Source: a bacterium
GTDB lineage: Bacteria > UBA8248
Assembly (NCBI GenBank): GCA_965213625.1
Contig: CBDBZU010000004.1
Coordinates: 160,001 to 224,000, forward strand
Reading direction: 5' to 3'
Length of the DNA stretch: 64,000 nucleotides
In this document: piece by piece, positions 19,708-30,489 of the stretch
How the letters are laid out: each line of letters begins with the position of its first letter
Position numbering within the stretch: position 1 is the stretch's first letter
Notes under the pieces: model-generated
Seen by the model: the letters and a program-made list of their open reading frames with translations, nothing else
Told to the model about the DNA's origin: nothing
Databases searched by the model: none
Made by a program: the position numbers and the translations under genes

Positions 19708-20628
19708 CTAGCGGCGTTTTCTGGTGGTTTTTAAGGCCGTTTTCTTCTGCGTGGTTTTCTTCGGGGCTGCTTTCTGAGGAGCTTTCGCCCTGGCCGCCTT
19801 GCCTGCGGCGGCCTTCTTGGCGGTCGTGCTTCTTTTCGTCGTATTCGCGGCCCTGGCGGCGCTCGACTTCTTTTTAGCCGCCGTTTTCCGCGTCGCCGCC
19901 GTCTTTTTCTTCACTCCGGCCGCTCTCGAACTGGCCGTTTTGCTCTTCGCCGAGGCGGGTTTCTTGGGAGCGGCAGCCGCTTTTTTCTTCAAGGCGGGAG
20001 ATTTTTTCCTGGCCGGCGTTCGTTGTTTCTGCGCCGCAGCTTTTGAGGCGGCTTTTTTCCGCCGAGCACGTTGTTTTTTCGCTTGTTTCTCATTTTCGAT
20101 ACGCGCCGCCTCAGCCGCCCGTTTTTCTTCTTCGGTGGGCGGGAAAACGGGTTTTCTGCGTCCCGTTATCAAGCGAAAGGCATAGCCCACCTGCGTTTCG
20201 CGCCATTCATTCTCTCCGAGATCCTGCAATACGAGCTCTACCGGGGAGCCAGGAACCAGCATGTCCCGATAACCTTCCCAGCCAATCAGGTGGGAATTTA
20301 TCTTTATCCCCTCATCCAGGAGTATGACAGCCGAGGCGTGTTCTTCATCGCCATCTACGGAAGAATGTGTGATTGTGGCCGAAAGAAGCTTACCCTTCCC
20401 GCTCAAAAGCACTTCACTCGTGCTGCGGGGACAAACCGGATTATCGCAAGTAGTTTTCGCGCCGGTCTTTGGGAAAAAATACTCCTCGCACTCCCTGCAA
20501 ACGGACCCGATGAGCTTGGGTTTATGACGAGAATTCCTGGGAATCGTAAAAACATCGCGCATAAATGGAACGACAACTTTATTTTTATCAGGAACAAAAA
20601 TCGAAGGCTCATTCTGGCGGAAGTTCAT
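19708..20628 (-). CDS. DUF35-type Zn-ribbon/OB-fold protein with Lys/Ala-rich histone H1-like tail
   Basis: GSVCRECEEYFFP..CDNPVC, LSGKGKL; C-terminal ~130 aa of KKAAA/KKT repeats. Confidence 0.7.
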   Translation of the reverse strand: MNFRQNEPSIFVPDKNKVVVPFMRDVFTIPRNSRHKPKLIGSVCRECEEYFFPKTGAKTTCDNPVCPRSTSEVLLSGKGKLLSATITHSSVDGDEEHASAVILLDEGIKINSHLIGWEGYRDMLVPGSPVELVLQDLGENEWRETQVGYAFRLITGRRKPVFPPTEEEKRAAEAARIENEKQAKKQRARRKKAASKAAAQKQRTPARKKSPALKKKAAAAPKKPASAKSKTASSRAAGVKKKTAATRKTAAKKKSSAARAANTTKRSTTAKKAAAGKAARAKAPQKAAPKKTTQKKTALKTTRKRR

Positions 20629-20913
20629 CTACTACCCTGCTTTTGAAGTTTCGAAGTGCTAAATCAAATTGAATTAAATGCAAACGGCTAGTTAAATCTC
20701 AAAGGCATGCCGGGATTAGTGCGCGAACACTACCAAAGGGGTTCAACGAGTGTCAAGATGAATTCAAATTGATGAAATTCCCAAATACACCGTACAAGAT
20801 ACAACCTCCATTCATCACAAAACGACCCCTGCGCCAACCTTGATATTGACGACTTGACCATTCAAAACCTGCAATCTTATAGTCGACAATCGTATATATA
20901 TAAAGGAAGCGGT

Positions 20914-22356
20914 ATGACATCTCCGGACGCTCGAAATTTTCAATCCAAACTGCTTCGATTATTACCCTCGGTAGATGAAATAGTTACCCGTCTCAAAAGT
21001 GAAGGTGCCAACGGCTCATCAGACGCTGCCCTTTCCGATGCCGTCAGAAAAGCCATTGGAATGAAGAGAAAGCTTCTGCTTGAGCAAATGAGTCAAGAAC
21101 TTCCCAACATTTCGGAAAACGCCTTGCTGTGCGAACACACACTTCGGGATATCGTTTTCGATGAGGCGAAACAAATCCTTTCTTCGAATAAACAACTCGG
21201 ATTGAAAAAAGTCATCAACGCCACAGGAATCGTACTGCACACAAATCTGGGTCGAGCCCCGTTAAGTGACGCCGCAAGGGCTGCCCTCGATGATGTGGCC
21301 CAAGGATATTCAAATCTGGAATTCGACTTGAACCTCGGCCAGAGAGGAAAAAGAGGGTCCGAAATCGAATCTCTCCTTTGCCAGCTAACAGGAGCGGAGG
21401 CCGCACTGGTCGTAAACAACAACGCCGCGGCCGTGATGTTTGCGATTCACACAATGGCCAATGCCGCCGAAGTGGTCGTTTCAAGAGGCGAGTTGGTTGA
21501 AATTGGCGGTTCTTTCCGAATCCCGGATATCATGCGCCAAAGCGGCGCAAAATTGGTTGAAGTAGGAACAACCAACAAAACGAGGATATCCGACTACCGC
21601 AATGCCATTACCCAAAATACGGCTTTGTTCCTGAAAGCGCATACAAGCAATTACAGGATAATCGGCTTCACGGAAGAAGTATCTCGCGGTGAACTCTCTG
21701 AACTAAGCAAGGAAACAAGTATACCTACGCTGGAAGATCTCGGGAGCGGTTTACTTCTTCAAATTGAAGGGCTTCCGCATGAACCCACCGTCATTGAATC
21801 AATACTTGCGGGAATCGATGTCGTTACTTTTTCCGGAGACAAACTTCTCGGTGGCCCACAAGCAGGTATCGTTGTAGGCAAGACGGCATGGGTGGGTAAA
21901 ATGAAAAGACACCCGCTCATGCGCATTCTCAGGCTCGATAAGCTTACACTAGCCGCCTTGGAGGCAACGCTCAGAGCATATCTCGACCCTGGTACCGTCC
22001 ACACCCAGAATCCGACCTTTAAAATGTTGTCCACAAACCGCGAGAAACTGAAAATACAAGCTGAACGTCTGATCAATCTGATGGGGGAACATACTTGTTC
22101 CGTACTCGGCGCAAAGGTGGAAGAAACATCGGGGATGGTAGGCGGCGGAGCCATGCCCATGGCAAATCTCGAAAGTTATGCTGTGACATTGTCTTCCAAA
22201 AACTATTCCGCCAAATCGTTGGAAACTCGTCTACGCCAAGGTTCTCCACCTGTCGTAGCACGAATTCATGAAGATAAAGTAATACTTGATCTGCGGTGTA
22301 TTCAAAATGATGAATTAAATCACCTTGGCGTGATTCTCAACGAATTTGCAAAGTAG
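20914..22356 (+). CDS. selA: L-seryl-tRNA(Sec) selenium transferase
   Basis: VINATGIVLHTNLGRAPL, VNNNAAAV, ELVEIGGSFRIP, FSGDKLLGGPQAG. Confidence 0.96.
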   Translation: MTSPDARNFQSKLLRLLPSVDEIVTRLKSEGANGSSDAALSDAVRKAIGMKRKLLLEQMSQELPNISENALLCEHTLRDIVFDEAKQILSSNKQLGLKKVINATGIVLHTNLGRAPLSDAARAALDDVAQGYSNLEFDLNLGQRGKRGSEIESLLCQLTGAEAALVVNNNAAAVMFAIHTMANAAEVVVSRGELVEIGGSFRIPDIMRQSGAKLVEVGTTNKTRISDYRNAITQNTALFLKAHTSNYRIIGFTEEVSRGELSELSKETSIPTLEDLGSGLLLQIEGLPHEPTVIESILAGIDVVTFSGDKLLGGPQAGIVVGKTAWVGKMKRHPLMRILRLDKLTLAALEATLRAYLDPGTVHTQNPTFKMLSTNREKLKIQAERLINLMGEHTCSVLGAKVEETSGMVGGGAMPMANLESYAVTLSSKNYSAKSLETRLRQGSPPVVARIHEDKVILDLRCIQNDELNHLGVILNEFAK

Positions 22357-22417
22357 TTTTGAACCTTGTCTGAATATCATTTCACTCGCCTACGCGAAAA
22401 CAGGGGACGATTTACCT

Positions 22418-23221
22418 ATGCCTACAGTTAATTCCAAAGGTGTTGCAATTGATTATGAAGTCATCAATCCCCACCATTCCGATACGCCCGTATTCCTGAT
22501 CAGCGGGCTGGGAGGAATTCGCGCATCATGGACGAAGCAAATCGACGCCTTTTCCGCTACCAGGCCCCTCATCCTTCATGACCATAGGGGAACTGGAAAA
22601 AGTGCAAAACCGAGCGGGGTATATAGCGTTCCGAACATGGCGAAAGATATCACCGCCATCATGGATGACCTTCAAATAGAAAAAGCGCATCTCGTTGGCA
22701 GTTCAACAGGGGGCGCCATCATCCAGGTGATGTGTATTGATTATCCCCAACGTGTCAAAAGCGGGTCTATCGTAAGTTCCTGGCCCAGGAGCGACGCATA
22801 TTTCACTCGCCAATTCAGTGTACGAAAAGAAATTTTACTCGATATGGGATGGGAAACATACACTAGATTTTCCACATTCACCTTGCATAGCCCAAAGTTT
22901 TTCACCGACAACTTTCAGGGTATTCAAATGCAGGAAAACCAATCGATCGCCAACGCGCCTCCGGCTGAGATCATGGCCGAGAGAATCGACTGCATTATTG
23001 CGCATGATCAGTTAGACCGCTTGGGTCAAATCACAAGCCCGGTACTGGTGGCCGTTGCAAAAGACGATGTAGTCACTCCGCTGTATTATTCTCATCAATT
23101 ACGTGATGCCATCCCTGGCGCTGAAATAAAAATTTTTGATGAAGGCGGCCATTTCGTATATATCGAGAAACCGGTTGAATTCAATGAGTCTATCCTCGAA
23201 TTCATCCATCGCCATGATTAA
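22418..23221 (+). CDS. Alpha/beta hydrolase (RutD-like)
   Basis: DHRGTGKS, GSSTGG nucleophile elbow, KDDVVTP, GGH. Confidence 0.85.
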   Translation: MPTVNSKGVAIDYEVINPHHSDTPVFLISGLGGIRASWTKQIDAFSATRPLILHDHRGTGKSAKPSGVYSVPNMAKDITAIMDDLQIEKAHLVGSSTGGAIIQVMCIDYPQRVKSGSIVSSWPRSDAYFTRQFSVRKEILLDMGWETYTRFSTFTLHSPKFFTDNFQGIQMQENQSIANAPPAEIMAERIDCIIAHDQLDRLGQITSPVLVAVAKDDVVTPLYYSHQLRDAIPGAEIKIFDEGGHFVYIEKPVEFNESILEFIHRHD

Positions 23222-23269
23222 TCGATATTTTCATCACTCGCCTATCAACCACGAAGGCGAAACCACCTT

Positions 23270-25180
23270 ATGAAACATGTTGTCATCGGAACCGCCGGCC
23301 ATATCGATCATGGCAAAACCTCTCTCGTCAAGGCATTGACCGGCACAGATACCGATCGCCTTAAAGAGGAAAAAGAACGAGGCATCACCATTGAGCTCGG
23401 GTTCGCCGAGTTGATTCTCGATAACATCCATGCAGGAATCGTGGACGTTCCTGGCCATGAGCGATTCGTTAAAAACATGCTGGCGGGAGTCGGGGGCATC
23501 GATTTGGTTATGCTGATTGTTGCCGCCGATGAAGGCATCATGCCGCAAACGAGAGAGCATTTGTCGATATGCCGACTTCTCGGCATAAAAACCGGTGTAA
23601 TCGTGCTCACGAAAGCAGATCTGGTCGAACCGGAATGGGTCGAACTAGTTACTGATGATATTCAGGATTTCGTGAAAGGTTCTTTTCTGGAAGAAAAACC
23701 CATTGTGCCAGTTTCGGCTCACACCGGGGATGGTCTGGATAATCTCAAAATTACATTAAGCGAAATCGCTAATCAGGCTCCTTCAAAAAGCGAAACAGGT
23801 ATCTTCCGAATACCGATTGACCGCGTCTTCACGATGCGAGGTTTCGGAGTCGTGATTACAGGTACCCTGTTCAGTGGGAACGTGGCTGTAGGCGAGCAGG
23901 TTGAAATTTTTCCCAAAGCCCTTCAGGCGCGCGTTCGTGGCTTGCAAGTTCATGGGGAGTCTGTGGAAAAATCGACTGCCGGACTCAGAACCGCCGTAAA
24001 TCTCCAGGGCCTCGAGCGCGCCGAAGTGTTCAGAGGAGACATCATCGGTCATCGTGGTGAACTGAAGACAACTTATATGCTCGACGTTCATCTGGAACAC
24101 CTCGCCGACGCGCCCCGCCCGCTGAAAACCCGCAACCGGATCCGGTTCCATGCCGGGACCGCCGAAATCATGGGCAGGATCTCACTCATCGGAAGAGATG
24201 TACTTGAGCCGGGAGAGAGCTCATTTGCCCAAATACGGCTGGAGGAACCTATCGTCGTACTGCCCAGAGATAGATTCGTCATCCGGAGTTATTCGCCAAT
24301 CATCACGATAGGTGGTGGGGAAATCCTGGATATCATGCCTCGCAAGCATAGGCGATTGCGGAGTGCATCCCTGGAGCACCTGAAATCACTTCATCAAGGG
24401 AATGAGACGGAAAGACTACTCATATTGCTCCAGGATTCACGGTTGAGCGGAGTTGAACTCGCTGACCTCACAGGCCGCCTCACATTAAAGCCGAGTGACA
24501 TTCAGAAAACCATTCAGGAATTATCGTCCCAAGGAAAAGTGCAAATTATCGACCAAACCAATTTCTTCTCCATGACTACAGCGCATTTCAACACCGCCCA
24601 GAAAAATATTCTCTCATTTTTGGGTGATTATCACGATGAGAATCCACTTCGCACAGGGGCGCCGAGGGAAGAAGTTCGAGGCAAGGCAGGCGAAATCAAT
24701 GAAAAAATCTTTGCAGCCGCACTCAAAAATTTAAGCGAATCAAACGATATCATTGAAAATGGCGCCATATTAAGACTCGCCTCCCATTCAGTAGAAATTG
24801 ATGAAACGCTAGGAGAAGTGAAAACGAAACTGGAATCGGTTTTCATGAGTTCCCACTTTCAACCACCATCCATCGAAGACGCATTCTCACAAAGCCGCGG
24901 CAAAGGCAACGCAAATCGAAATGCTCTGCAAATCCTCATCGACGAAGGTGCTTTACTGCGACTGAAGGACAACATTATCTATCATCGACAAGCTTTGAGC
25001 GAAGCAGAAAACCTTCTGAAAGAGCATCTATCGCACAACAACGAAATTACGGCTGCGGAATTCCGAGATCTGCTGGGCATTACACGAAAACACGCCATCC
25101 CTTTGCTTGAATATTTTGATACTGCGCGAATTACGCTAAGGGTGGGAGACAAAAGAGTGCTTCGACCAGACGCAAGATAA
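23270..25180 (+). CDS. selB: Selenocysteine-specific elongation factor
   Basis: [40 protein letters not shown]. Confidence 0.96.
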   Translation: MKHVVIGTAGHIDHGKTSLVKALTGTDTDRLKEEKERGITIELGFAELILDNIHAGIVDVPGHERFVKNMLAGVGGIDLVMLIVAADEGIMPQTREHLSICRLLGIKTGVIVLTKADLVEPEWVELVTDDIQDFVKGSFLEEKPIVPVSAHTGDGLDNLKITLSEIANQAPSKSETGIFRIPIDRVFTMRGFGVVITGTLFSGNVAVGEQVEIFPKALQARVRGLQVHGESVEKSTAGLRTAVNLQGLERAEVFRGDIIGHRGELKTTYMLDVHLEHLADAPRPLKTRNRIRFHAGTAEIMGRISLIGRDVLEPGESSFAQIRLEEPIVVLPRDRFVIRSYSPIITIGGGEILDIMPRKHRRLRSASLEHLKSLHQGNETERLLILLQDSRLSGVELADLTGRLTLKPSDIQKTIQELSSQGKVQIIDQTNFFSMTTAHFNTAQKNILSFLGDYHDENPLRTGAPREEVRGKAGEINEKIFAAALKNLSESNDIIENGAILRLASHSVEIDETLGEVKTKLESVFMSSHFQPPSIEDAFSQSRGKGNANRNALQILIDEGALLRLKDNIIYHRQALSEAENLLKEHLSHNNEITAAEFRDLLGITRKHAIPLLEYFDTARITLRVGDKRVLRPDAR

Positions 25181-25203
25181 AATCCCTCTAAAAGGAATGA
25201 AAA

Positions 25204-26385
25204 ATGCCTCTCGATATTAATAAAATCCAACGTTTGCGTTCAGATGTCCCGGCTCTGAAAAATCAAGTTTACGTAAATTGGGGTGGCGGGGGACCATCGT
25301 CGAAATCGATTATTCGTGAAATGGACAAGTTCACAAAGCGCGATATGGAACTCGGCTCGTTTCACCCGACAGTCAGGAATGAAACCACCAAGGCCTTAAA
25401 ACGCACTCGAGAGAGTTGCGCAAAACTCATCGGCGCAGATGCTTCGGAAATTGCCCTGACCAATAATACGACTGTCGGAATCAACATCGCCGCCGCCGGA
25501 TTAACCTGGGATGCAGGAGACGAGGTGATTGTCTCGGATCTGGAACATCCAGGCGGCTACCTTCCTTGGTTGGTATGGCGGAAGAGAATTCCCATCAAGG
25601 TGAAATTAATCAAGACTGGTCATAATGATGAGCAACTCCTCAAAAACTTAGAAAAAGCTGTCACGTCAAAAACAAGGGTTGTTTGCGTGAGTCATATTAC
25701 GTGGCTCAATGGCAGGAGGCTTCCCCTTGAAGCAATCGGCCAAATTTGCATCTCCGCAGGCGCCCTCCTCATCGTAGATGGCGCCCAGTCCGTAGGACAT
25801 ATACCGGTCAAAATAAAAGACACCGGCGTAGATGTATACACCATATCAGGCCAGAAATGGCTGATGGGTCCGGATGGCACAGGCGCCGTGTATATTAGGA
25901 GTGGAGCAGGCAAAAAGATTCAGCTTTCAGCTGCAAGTTTTCGCTCAGCACAAAAAAAGAGTTTAAAATCCCTTTCTTTTTCCCCTGAGCCGAGCGCGAT
26001 GCGCTATGAAGTCGGAACTCTCAATACAACCGGGTTCATTGGATTCCGGGCTGCGGTCGAACATTTCAGGAGAACAGGACCCGTATCCATCGAAAAAAGA
26101 ATTCTGGCGCAGGCGAATCGCCTCCTGTCTCAAATACGTCCAATCAAGAATGTTGAAGTCATTACGCCTGAAGGAGAGGCTCAGTCTGGTCTGGTTTCTT
26201 TTCGGATTAAGAACGTCGAATCTCAAAACGTGGTGAACAGGCTCTACAGGAAATACCAAATCATCCTCAGGGCGGTGGTCACGGAGCCTCCCGCCGTCAG
26301 AGTCTCCATTCATTATTTGAACACGGAACAAGAAATGGACTCGATAGCAAATGCGATAGACGCAATCGCGGCCGGCAGAAAATAG
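25204..26385 (+). CDS. Class V PLP-dependent enzyme (C-S lyase-like)
   Basis: DLEHP, VDGAQSVG, SGQKWLMGP, YEVGT; lacks the desulfurase persulfide Cys motif. Confidence 0.85.
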   Translation: MPLDINKIQRLRSDVPALKNQVYVNWGGGGPSSKSIIREMDKFTKRDMELGSFHPTVRNETTKALKRTRESCAKLIGADASEIALTNNTTVGINIAAAGLTWDAGDEVIVSDLEHPGGYLPWLVWRKRIPIKVKLIKTGHNDEQLLKNLEKAVTSKTRVVCVSHITWLNGRRLPLEAIGQICISAGALLIVDGAQSVGHIPVKIKDTGVDVYTISGQKWLMGPDGTGAVYIRSGAGKKIQLSAASFRSAQKKSLKSLSFSPEPSAMRYEVGTLNTTGFIGFRAAVEHFRRTGPVSIEKRILAQANRLLSQIRPIKNVEVITPEGEAQSGLVSFRIKNVESQNVVNRLYRKYQIILRAVVTEPPAVRVSIHYLNTEQEMDSIANAIDAIAAGRK

Positions 26386-26411
26386 GGACAAATAGCTCAA
26401 ATTCCAAACAC

Positions 26412-26445
26412 AAAAAAAGCGGCGGTTCTTTCACCGCCGCTTTTT
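26412..26445. terminator. Bidirectional intrinsic terminator
   Basis: aaaaaaagcggcggt-tctttc-accgccgcttttt between convergent genes. Confidence 0.8.
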
Positions 26446-26461
26446 CTCGTTTCGTTCGAAA

Positions 26462-27202
26462 TTATTTTTTCAGCGTTACGTTCACCGCCGTGGCGGCGCC
26501 GCCCTTCACCGACACATTCATGGATTTCTTGCCCAAAACCTCGTGCCAAATCTCGAGGGTGTAAGAGCCTGCGGGAACATCCTTTATCTCGAATTTGCCC
26601 CCGGCGCCCGTGATGCCGACATAGGGGTTATCCGCCACAACGATGTAGCCCTTCATCCAATCATGAACGTCACAGGTCACTTTCAGGATGCCGGGCTTCT
26701 TGAAGTAGCGGGTCGACATTCTCAGTTTTTTCTTGAACTTGGGCTGCGCGATATTCGCTACCGAGTTGCCCGTCTTGCCAGGATGGGTATGGACGTTGTG
26801 GAGAATCTTGTCGCTGTTTTTCATCAGCAGCTTCGACTTTTGCTTCATCACGACCACTCGAGGCAGGTAGACACATCCCTTCTGGTCAACCACGGCTTTT
26901 TTCTGGCTTTTCGACCACTTCTTGCCGGATTTCACGCCTTTCAAAGAGACGACGGCCCAGACCACGCCGCCGTCTTTCACGACCAGGCTCTCGTCCTTAA
27001 TCGGTTTTTTCGCGCAAACCTTTTTATCTTTATTCACGGATAATGTTTTGGATTTCGGGGCCGCGCCGTCGAACTTGATTGCTCCGGTAATCGAACCTCC
27101 ACCGCTTACCTTCCCTTCCTTGTAAGCGTCCGCGGAGCCAGCTAATGCGATGCTCAACATCACCGCAAACATCCAGCACAATTGAAAACGTTTGGGAACC
27201 AT
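26462..27202 (-). CDS. Exported cupredoxin-like/carboxypeptidase regulatory-like domain protein
   Basis: Signal peptide ending AGSADA; HNVH and CDVHDWM putative Cu ligands; PAGSYTLEIWHE. Confidence 0.75.
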   Translation of the reverse strand: MVPKRFQLCWMFAVMLSIALAGSADAYKEGKVSGGGSITGAIKFDGAAPKSKTLSVNKDKKVCAKKPIKDESLVVKDGGVVWAVVSLKGVKSGKKWSKSQKKAVVDQKGCVYLPRVVVMKQKSKLLMKNSDKILHNVHTHPGKTGNSVANIAQPKFKKKLRMSTRYFKKPGILKVTCDVHDWMKGYIVVADNPYVGITGAGGKFEIKDVPAGSYTLEIWHEVLGKKSMNVSVKGGAATAVNVTLKK

Positions 27203-27618
27203 GCCTACTCCTCTCAAATAATTTTTCAGGTTGTCAGCAACTGTTTGTAAAAAAAAGCGTGCACGCATTCATTCGTACACGAAATATCGGTGATTTCAGA
27301 TGCAGGACCTCTTAAAATGACTTCTAATCAAATCGGAACCGCAAAGAATTCACACCTGCTCCATTCAAGTAATCCACCTTTCACTTTAAGTCAACCCTCT
27401 TGTTGATTGACTCGGAAATTCGCCTGCATTCATTACGCAAACAAGCTGAATACCGCATGAAAGAAAGCGTAGGTCCCGCCGTCAGAAGAGGCAAATCCAT
27501 CTCGCTAGCGCAAGCGACCCCACTGCCGCGATGTTTGCAACATGGCGTACTCTGGGGTATCTCTCTAAAGCCTGAAGCCGACTTATGGCCGATATGATTG
27601 ATTCTCCGGGAGTAAACT

Positions 27619-28467
27619 GTGAATCCGAACCTAAAAGACGCCAAAATGCCCGAAACGCTCGATGGATGGGCGATTCTGCACCAAATCTTCAGGGTGAACT
27701 GGCCCGCCTGGAACCGGCTGGAGAGCGCCCGGCGGCACCGCATCCTGGATGAAGCGACGGAATTCTTCGCCTCCATCGCCCGTCCCGAATCCGGCGAGAG
27801 CGCGCTTTTCAGCTTGCTTGGCCACAAGGGCGATCTGCTGTTCCTGCATTTCAGGCCCACGCTCGATGCGCTGGGTGAAGTCGAACTGGGGCTGCGGCGG
27901 CTGGCGCTTGCGGAATATATGGACGAGGCCACGTCCTACCTCTCGTTCCTGGAACTCGGCCTCTACGAAATGACCGTAAAGCTCCACGCCCGGTTCGTGG
28001 ATGAGGGTCTCGAGCCGGGAAGCGACGAGTGGAAGTCGAAATGGGCCGAAGAGATGGAAAACCAGCGCGAGCGCATGAAAGAGCGCCTCTACATGGATAT
28101 ACCGAAGACGAGGTATCTGTGCTTCTACCCGATGAACAAGCGCAGGGGCGAGGAGAAGAACTGGTACGGCCTGCCCATCGAGGAGCGCCAGCAAATGATG
28201 CGCGAGCACGGCTTCGTCGGCAGACGTTACGCCGGCCGCGTACAGCAAATCATCACGGGCAGCATCGGTTTTGACGACTGGGAGTGGGGCGTGTACCTGT
28301 TCTCTGAGGATCCGCTCGTATTCAAGCGCCTCGTATACGAAATGCGCTTCGATGAGGCCAGCGTCTGGTATGGAGAGTTCGGCCCGTTCTACGCCGGCCT
28401 GCGCATCATGCCGCATCACCTGAAAAGCATATTCTCAGGCTCGGTTCCCTCCCTCGAAGCGCCGTAA
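27619..28467 (+). CDS. hemQ: Chlorite dismutase family heme enzyme, coproheme decarboxylase-like
   Basis: GHKGDL, FYPMNKRR, WYGLP..ERQQMMREHG, GFDDWEWGV, MRFDEAS. Confidence 0.8.
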   Translation: MNPNLKDAKMPETLDGWAILHQIFRVNWPAWNRLESARRHRILDEATEFFASIARPESGESALFSLLGHKGDLLFLHFRPTLDALGEVELGLRRLALAEYMDEATSYLSFLELGLYEMTVKLHARFVDEGLEPGSDEWKSKWAEEMENQRERMKERLYMDIPKTRYLCFYPMNKRRGEEKNWYGLPIEERQQMMREHGFVGRRYAGRVQQIITGSIGFDDWEWGVYLFSEDPLVFKRLVYEMRFDEASVWYGEFGPFYAGLRIMPHHLKSIFSGSVPSLEAP

Positions 28468-28496
28468 GTCATACGATTTCAAAGAATAAGACCTTC

Positions 28497-29357
28497 ATGG
28501 CGAATGTTCTCATCGTGGGTTGCGGCTATGTCGGCGCTGCGCTCGGAGCGGTGCTCGCTGGTGAGGGCCATCTCGTCTGGGGCATGCGCCGAAACCCCGA
28601 TAAGCTGCCCGAATCCATCAAGCCGCTGAGCGCGGACGTTCACGACAAGAACCTGGGTGGCCTGCTCCCCGAAGGCCTCGATTTCATCTTCTACACCCTC
28701 TCCTCGGGCGGCGGCGGCGAGGCGGGCTACCGGGCGGCGTATGCGGACGGCCCGAAAAACCTGCTCGAAGCGATTGAAATGAAAGGGGAAAGACCCAGAC
28801 GAATCTTCTTCACTTCGAGCACGGCCGTATACGCGCAAACAGACGGCAGCCGGGTGGATGAGGAATCGCCCACGCAGCCGACCCATTACGCGGGCCGCAT
28901 CCTGCTCGAAGGCGAGCGTACCCTGCTGGAGAGCGGCTACCCCGCCACAATCCTTCGACTTTCAGGCATTTACGGTCCCGGCCGCACACGCCTGATAGAC
29001 TCCGTCCGGGCGGGTCGGGCCGAAGTCCATGAGGGCCTGCCTCGCTACACGAACCGCATCCACCGCGACGATTGCGCGGGCGCGCTGGCCCACCTCATGA
29101 AGCTGGACGCGCCGGATGCGATATACGTCGGCGTCGACGATGCGCCCACCGATCGGCGTAAAGTGTTGATTTGGCTGGCCGAACGGCTCGGCGTCCCGCA
29201 TCCGCGCGAAGCCGGGGGCGGCGAAGCCCCCTCCGCGCGCGCGGCGACGAACAAGAGATGCTCGAACGCCAGGCTCGAATCCAGCGGCTACCGCTTTCTT
29301 TATCCGTCTTACCGGGAGGGCTACGCCGAGATGATCGAAGACTTGAAAACAACGTAA
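28497..29357 (+). CDS. NAD-dependent epimerase/SDR family (YeeZ-like)
   Basis: GCGYVG Rossmann motif, SSTAVY, RLSGIYGPGR, NRIHRDD. Confidence 0.85.
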   Translation: MANVLIVGCGYVGAALGAVLAGEGHLVWGMRRNPDKLPESIKPLSADVHDKNLGGLLPEGLDFIFYTLSSGGGGEAGYRAAYADGPKNLLEAIEMKGERPRRIFFTSSTAVYAQTDGSRVDEESPTQPTHYAGRILLEGERTLLESGYPATILRLSGIYGPGRTRLIDSVRAGRAEVHEGLPRYTNRIHRDDCAGALAHLMKLDAPDAIYVGVDDAPTDRRKVLIWLAERLGVPHPREAGGGEAPSARAATNKRCSNARLESSGYRFLYPSYREGYAEMIEDLKTT

Positions 29358-29369
29358 CTATCTGATGAA

Positions 29370-30065
29370 TCAATCATTTAGAAGGACTCTCAAATCCTTC
29401 CTCAGCTTCTCGAGAGATTCCGCGTCGTTGCTGTGGTAATAGCCCCGGATGGTGAAGTTCCTGTCGATGAGCACGAAACGCGAGCTGTGGGAGATCAGGA
29501 TTCCCGGCGTCTTCCCGCCCTCTTCATGCCCGGGATGATGCGCGTGCGCGCTGGGGAGCAGAAGCCGGAAAGCCCGCTCACCGATGGAGCCGGAGGGGAG
29601 CGCGGCTTGCTTGGTCGCATAACTCAGGCGAAAGCCCTTCAGCGCTAACTCTTTGATTTCTTTCTCTTTACCCGTCAGAAAAAACCACCGCGCCCTGTCC
29701 GCGCCGAACTTGCGCGCATAGGCCGAAAGGAGCGCCGCCTTATCGTGCGCAGGGTCGGTGGTGATGGAGATCTGCCGGAAATCCTGATGCCCCGAAAACG
29801 CCCGCTGGAGCCGCCGCATCTCGCTCGTCTGGAGCGGGCAGGTATCCTCACAGCGCGTATAGATGAAGTCCGCCACCCAGACCTTACCGCTTAAGCGCTC
29901 TCTCGCGAACTCGCGGCCCGATGCGTCAACCAGCGCAAAATCAGGTAGTTGCGAGTAGACGGGCAGGCTCTCGAAGAAGCTTCTCTCGAGCCAGCGCCAG
30001 CCGGGCGCGCCCGCCAGGCCGACGAGAACGCCCAGGGTCAACACCAGAATCATGCGCCGCGCCAT
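29370..30065 (-). CDS. SCO1/SenC copper chaperone
   Basis: FIYTRCEDTCP CxxxC, TDPAHD, SHSSRFVLID; N-terminal TM; His-rich insert. Confidence 0.88.
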   Translation of the reverse strand: MARRMILVLTLGVLVGLAGAPGWRWLERSFFESLPVYSQLPDFALVDASGREFARERLSGKVWVADFIYTRCEDTCPLQTSEMRRLQRAFSGHQDFRQISITTDPAHDKAALLSAYARKFGADRARWFFLTGKEKEIKELALKGFRLSYATKQAALPSGSIGERAFRLLLPSAHAHHPGHEEGGKTPGILISHSSRFVLIDRNFTIRGYYHSNDAESLEKLRKDLRVLLND

Positions 30066-30489
30066 GCTCGCCTCTCCCAGGAAATTCACACGAAACCAAC
30101 CGCGCGCATTCTGGCAAATCGCGCGCGTCGGTGCAAAGCCTGCGGGGCGTAATTCCCCGCATTTGCCGTCATGGCGGAACTGGCGGCCCGTGGCAGAATT
30201 CCCCTGCGCTGCGACCCGTCGGCGTCATTTCCCCTGAAAACAATTTATATTTATTTACCAAAAGACACGTTCATGATTTCATCCCGTGGACAATCGTACT
30301 ACCGTATACCCTGAAGTACGATAAACTTCTGTATTAAAATCATTAATTGATACATTTTCTTTTTCGCCTCTCCTTGCATTTACGACATGCTTACGCTTTA
30401 ATAGCCTCACGTTTGATGCTGGACGTATGCGATTTGATTACGGATTTCCCATATCCTCCGGCCTGCAACACGATTTTCAGGGAGCGCCC

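Noticed and set aside
20700-26460. selC tRNA or selD near selAB
   Set aside because: No tRNA cloverleaf/T-arm or SelD motif recognised anywhere in the window
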